DNA of 63,598 nucleotides, the filler included, from Ministeria vibrans ATCC 50519 (lineage: Eukaryota; Protista; Filasterea): the NCBI GenBank assembly GCA_943704425.1. It is 13 parts of 13 records of this genome, joined end to end, with 100 filler letters (N's around TTAATTAATTAA, not from the genome) between each part and the next. Parts side by side here need not be neighbours in the genome. Positions count along the whole stretch, not along the records: positions 60,505 to 63,598 come from CALSCP010001279.1; 12 more parts are not named here. One strand, given 5' to 3'. The position numbers and the translations under genes are program-made. This document shows positions 63,492 to 63,598 of the stretch, one piece after another (the first letter of the stretch is position 1; each line of letters opens with the position of its first letter). Under the pieces are notes generated by a model. The model did no database searches and had not been told where the DNA came from. It saw only the letters and a list, made by a program, of their open reading frames with translations.

Positions 63492-63598
<107 letters not shown>

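Overview
Eukaryotic, intron-rich (GT-AG), microsatellite-rich draft sequence. The gene set (cadherin with a Tyr-motif tail, IP3 receptor, KIF28-like kinesin-3, outer-dynein-arm docking protein, EGF proteins) points to a flagellated unicellular holozoan such as a choanoflagellate; this is inference. The window is 13 sequence pieces joined by 12 artificial 100-nt N44-TTAATTAATTAA-N44 linkers, and genes do not continue across them, so adjacency across a linker means nothing. Conserved genes are KIF28-like, PRCP, ESS2, GNL3, PLD6, ODAD3/CCDC151, fRMsr, GGT, cadherin, NUFIP1, ITPR, a LIM protein, ADP/ATP carrier and a Kelch protein. The most interesting signals are: (1) a secreted family joining a cubilin-like N-terminus, with or without EGF repeats, to prokaryote-type PKD-like + BspA/DUF285 modules, with phase-0 introns at a fixed repeat position and a stray repeat exon on another contig; (2) an accessory block with an intronless Mx-like dynamin carrying a ~125-aa stalk insertion and a Fanzor/TnpB C-terminal remnant; (3) a kinesin-13 N-terminal domain spliced onto ankyrin repeats with no motor; (4) an intron-containing DUF6395-like gene; (5) a structured GC-rich GNL3 intron; (6) a LINE RT relic next to TTAGGG repeats, and a dispersed element ending in (TTC)n(TTA)n. 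All family assignments come from reading motifs by eye, not from database searches.
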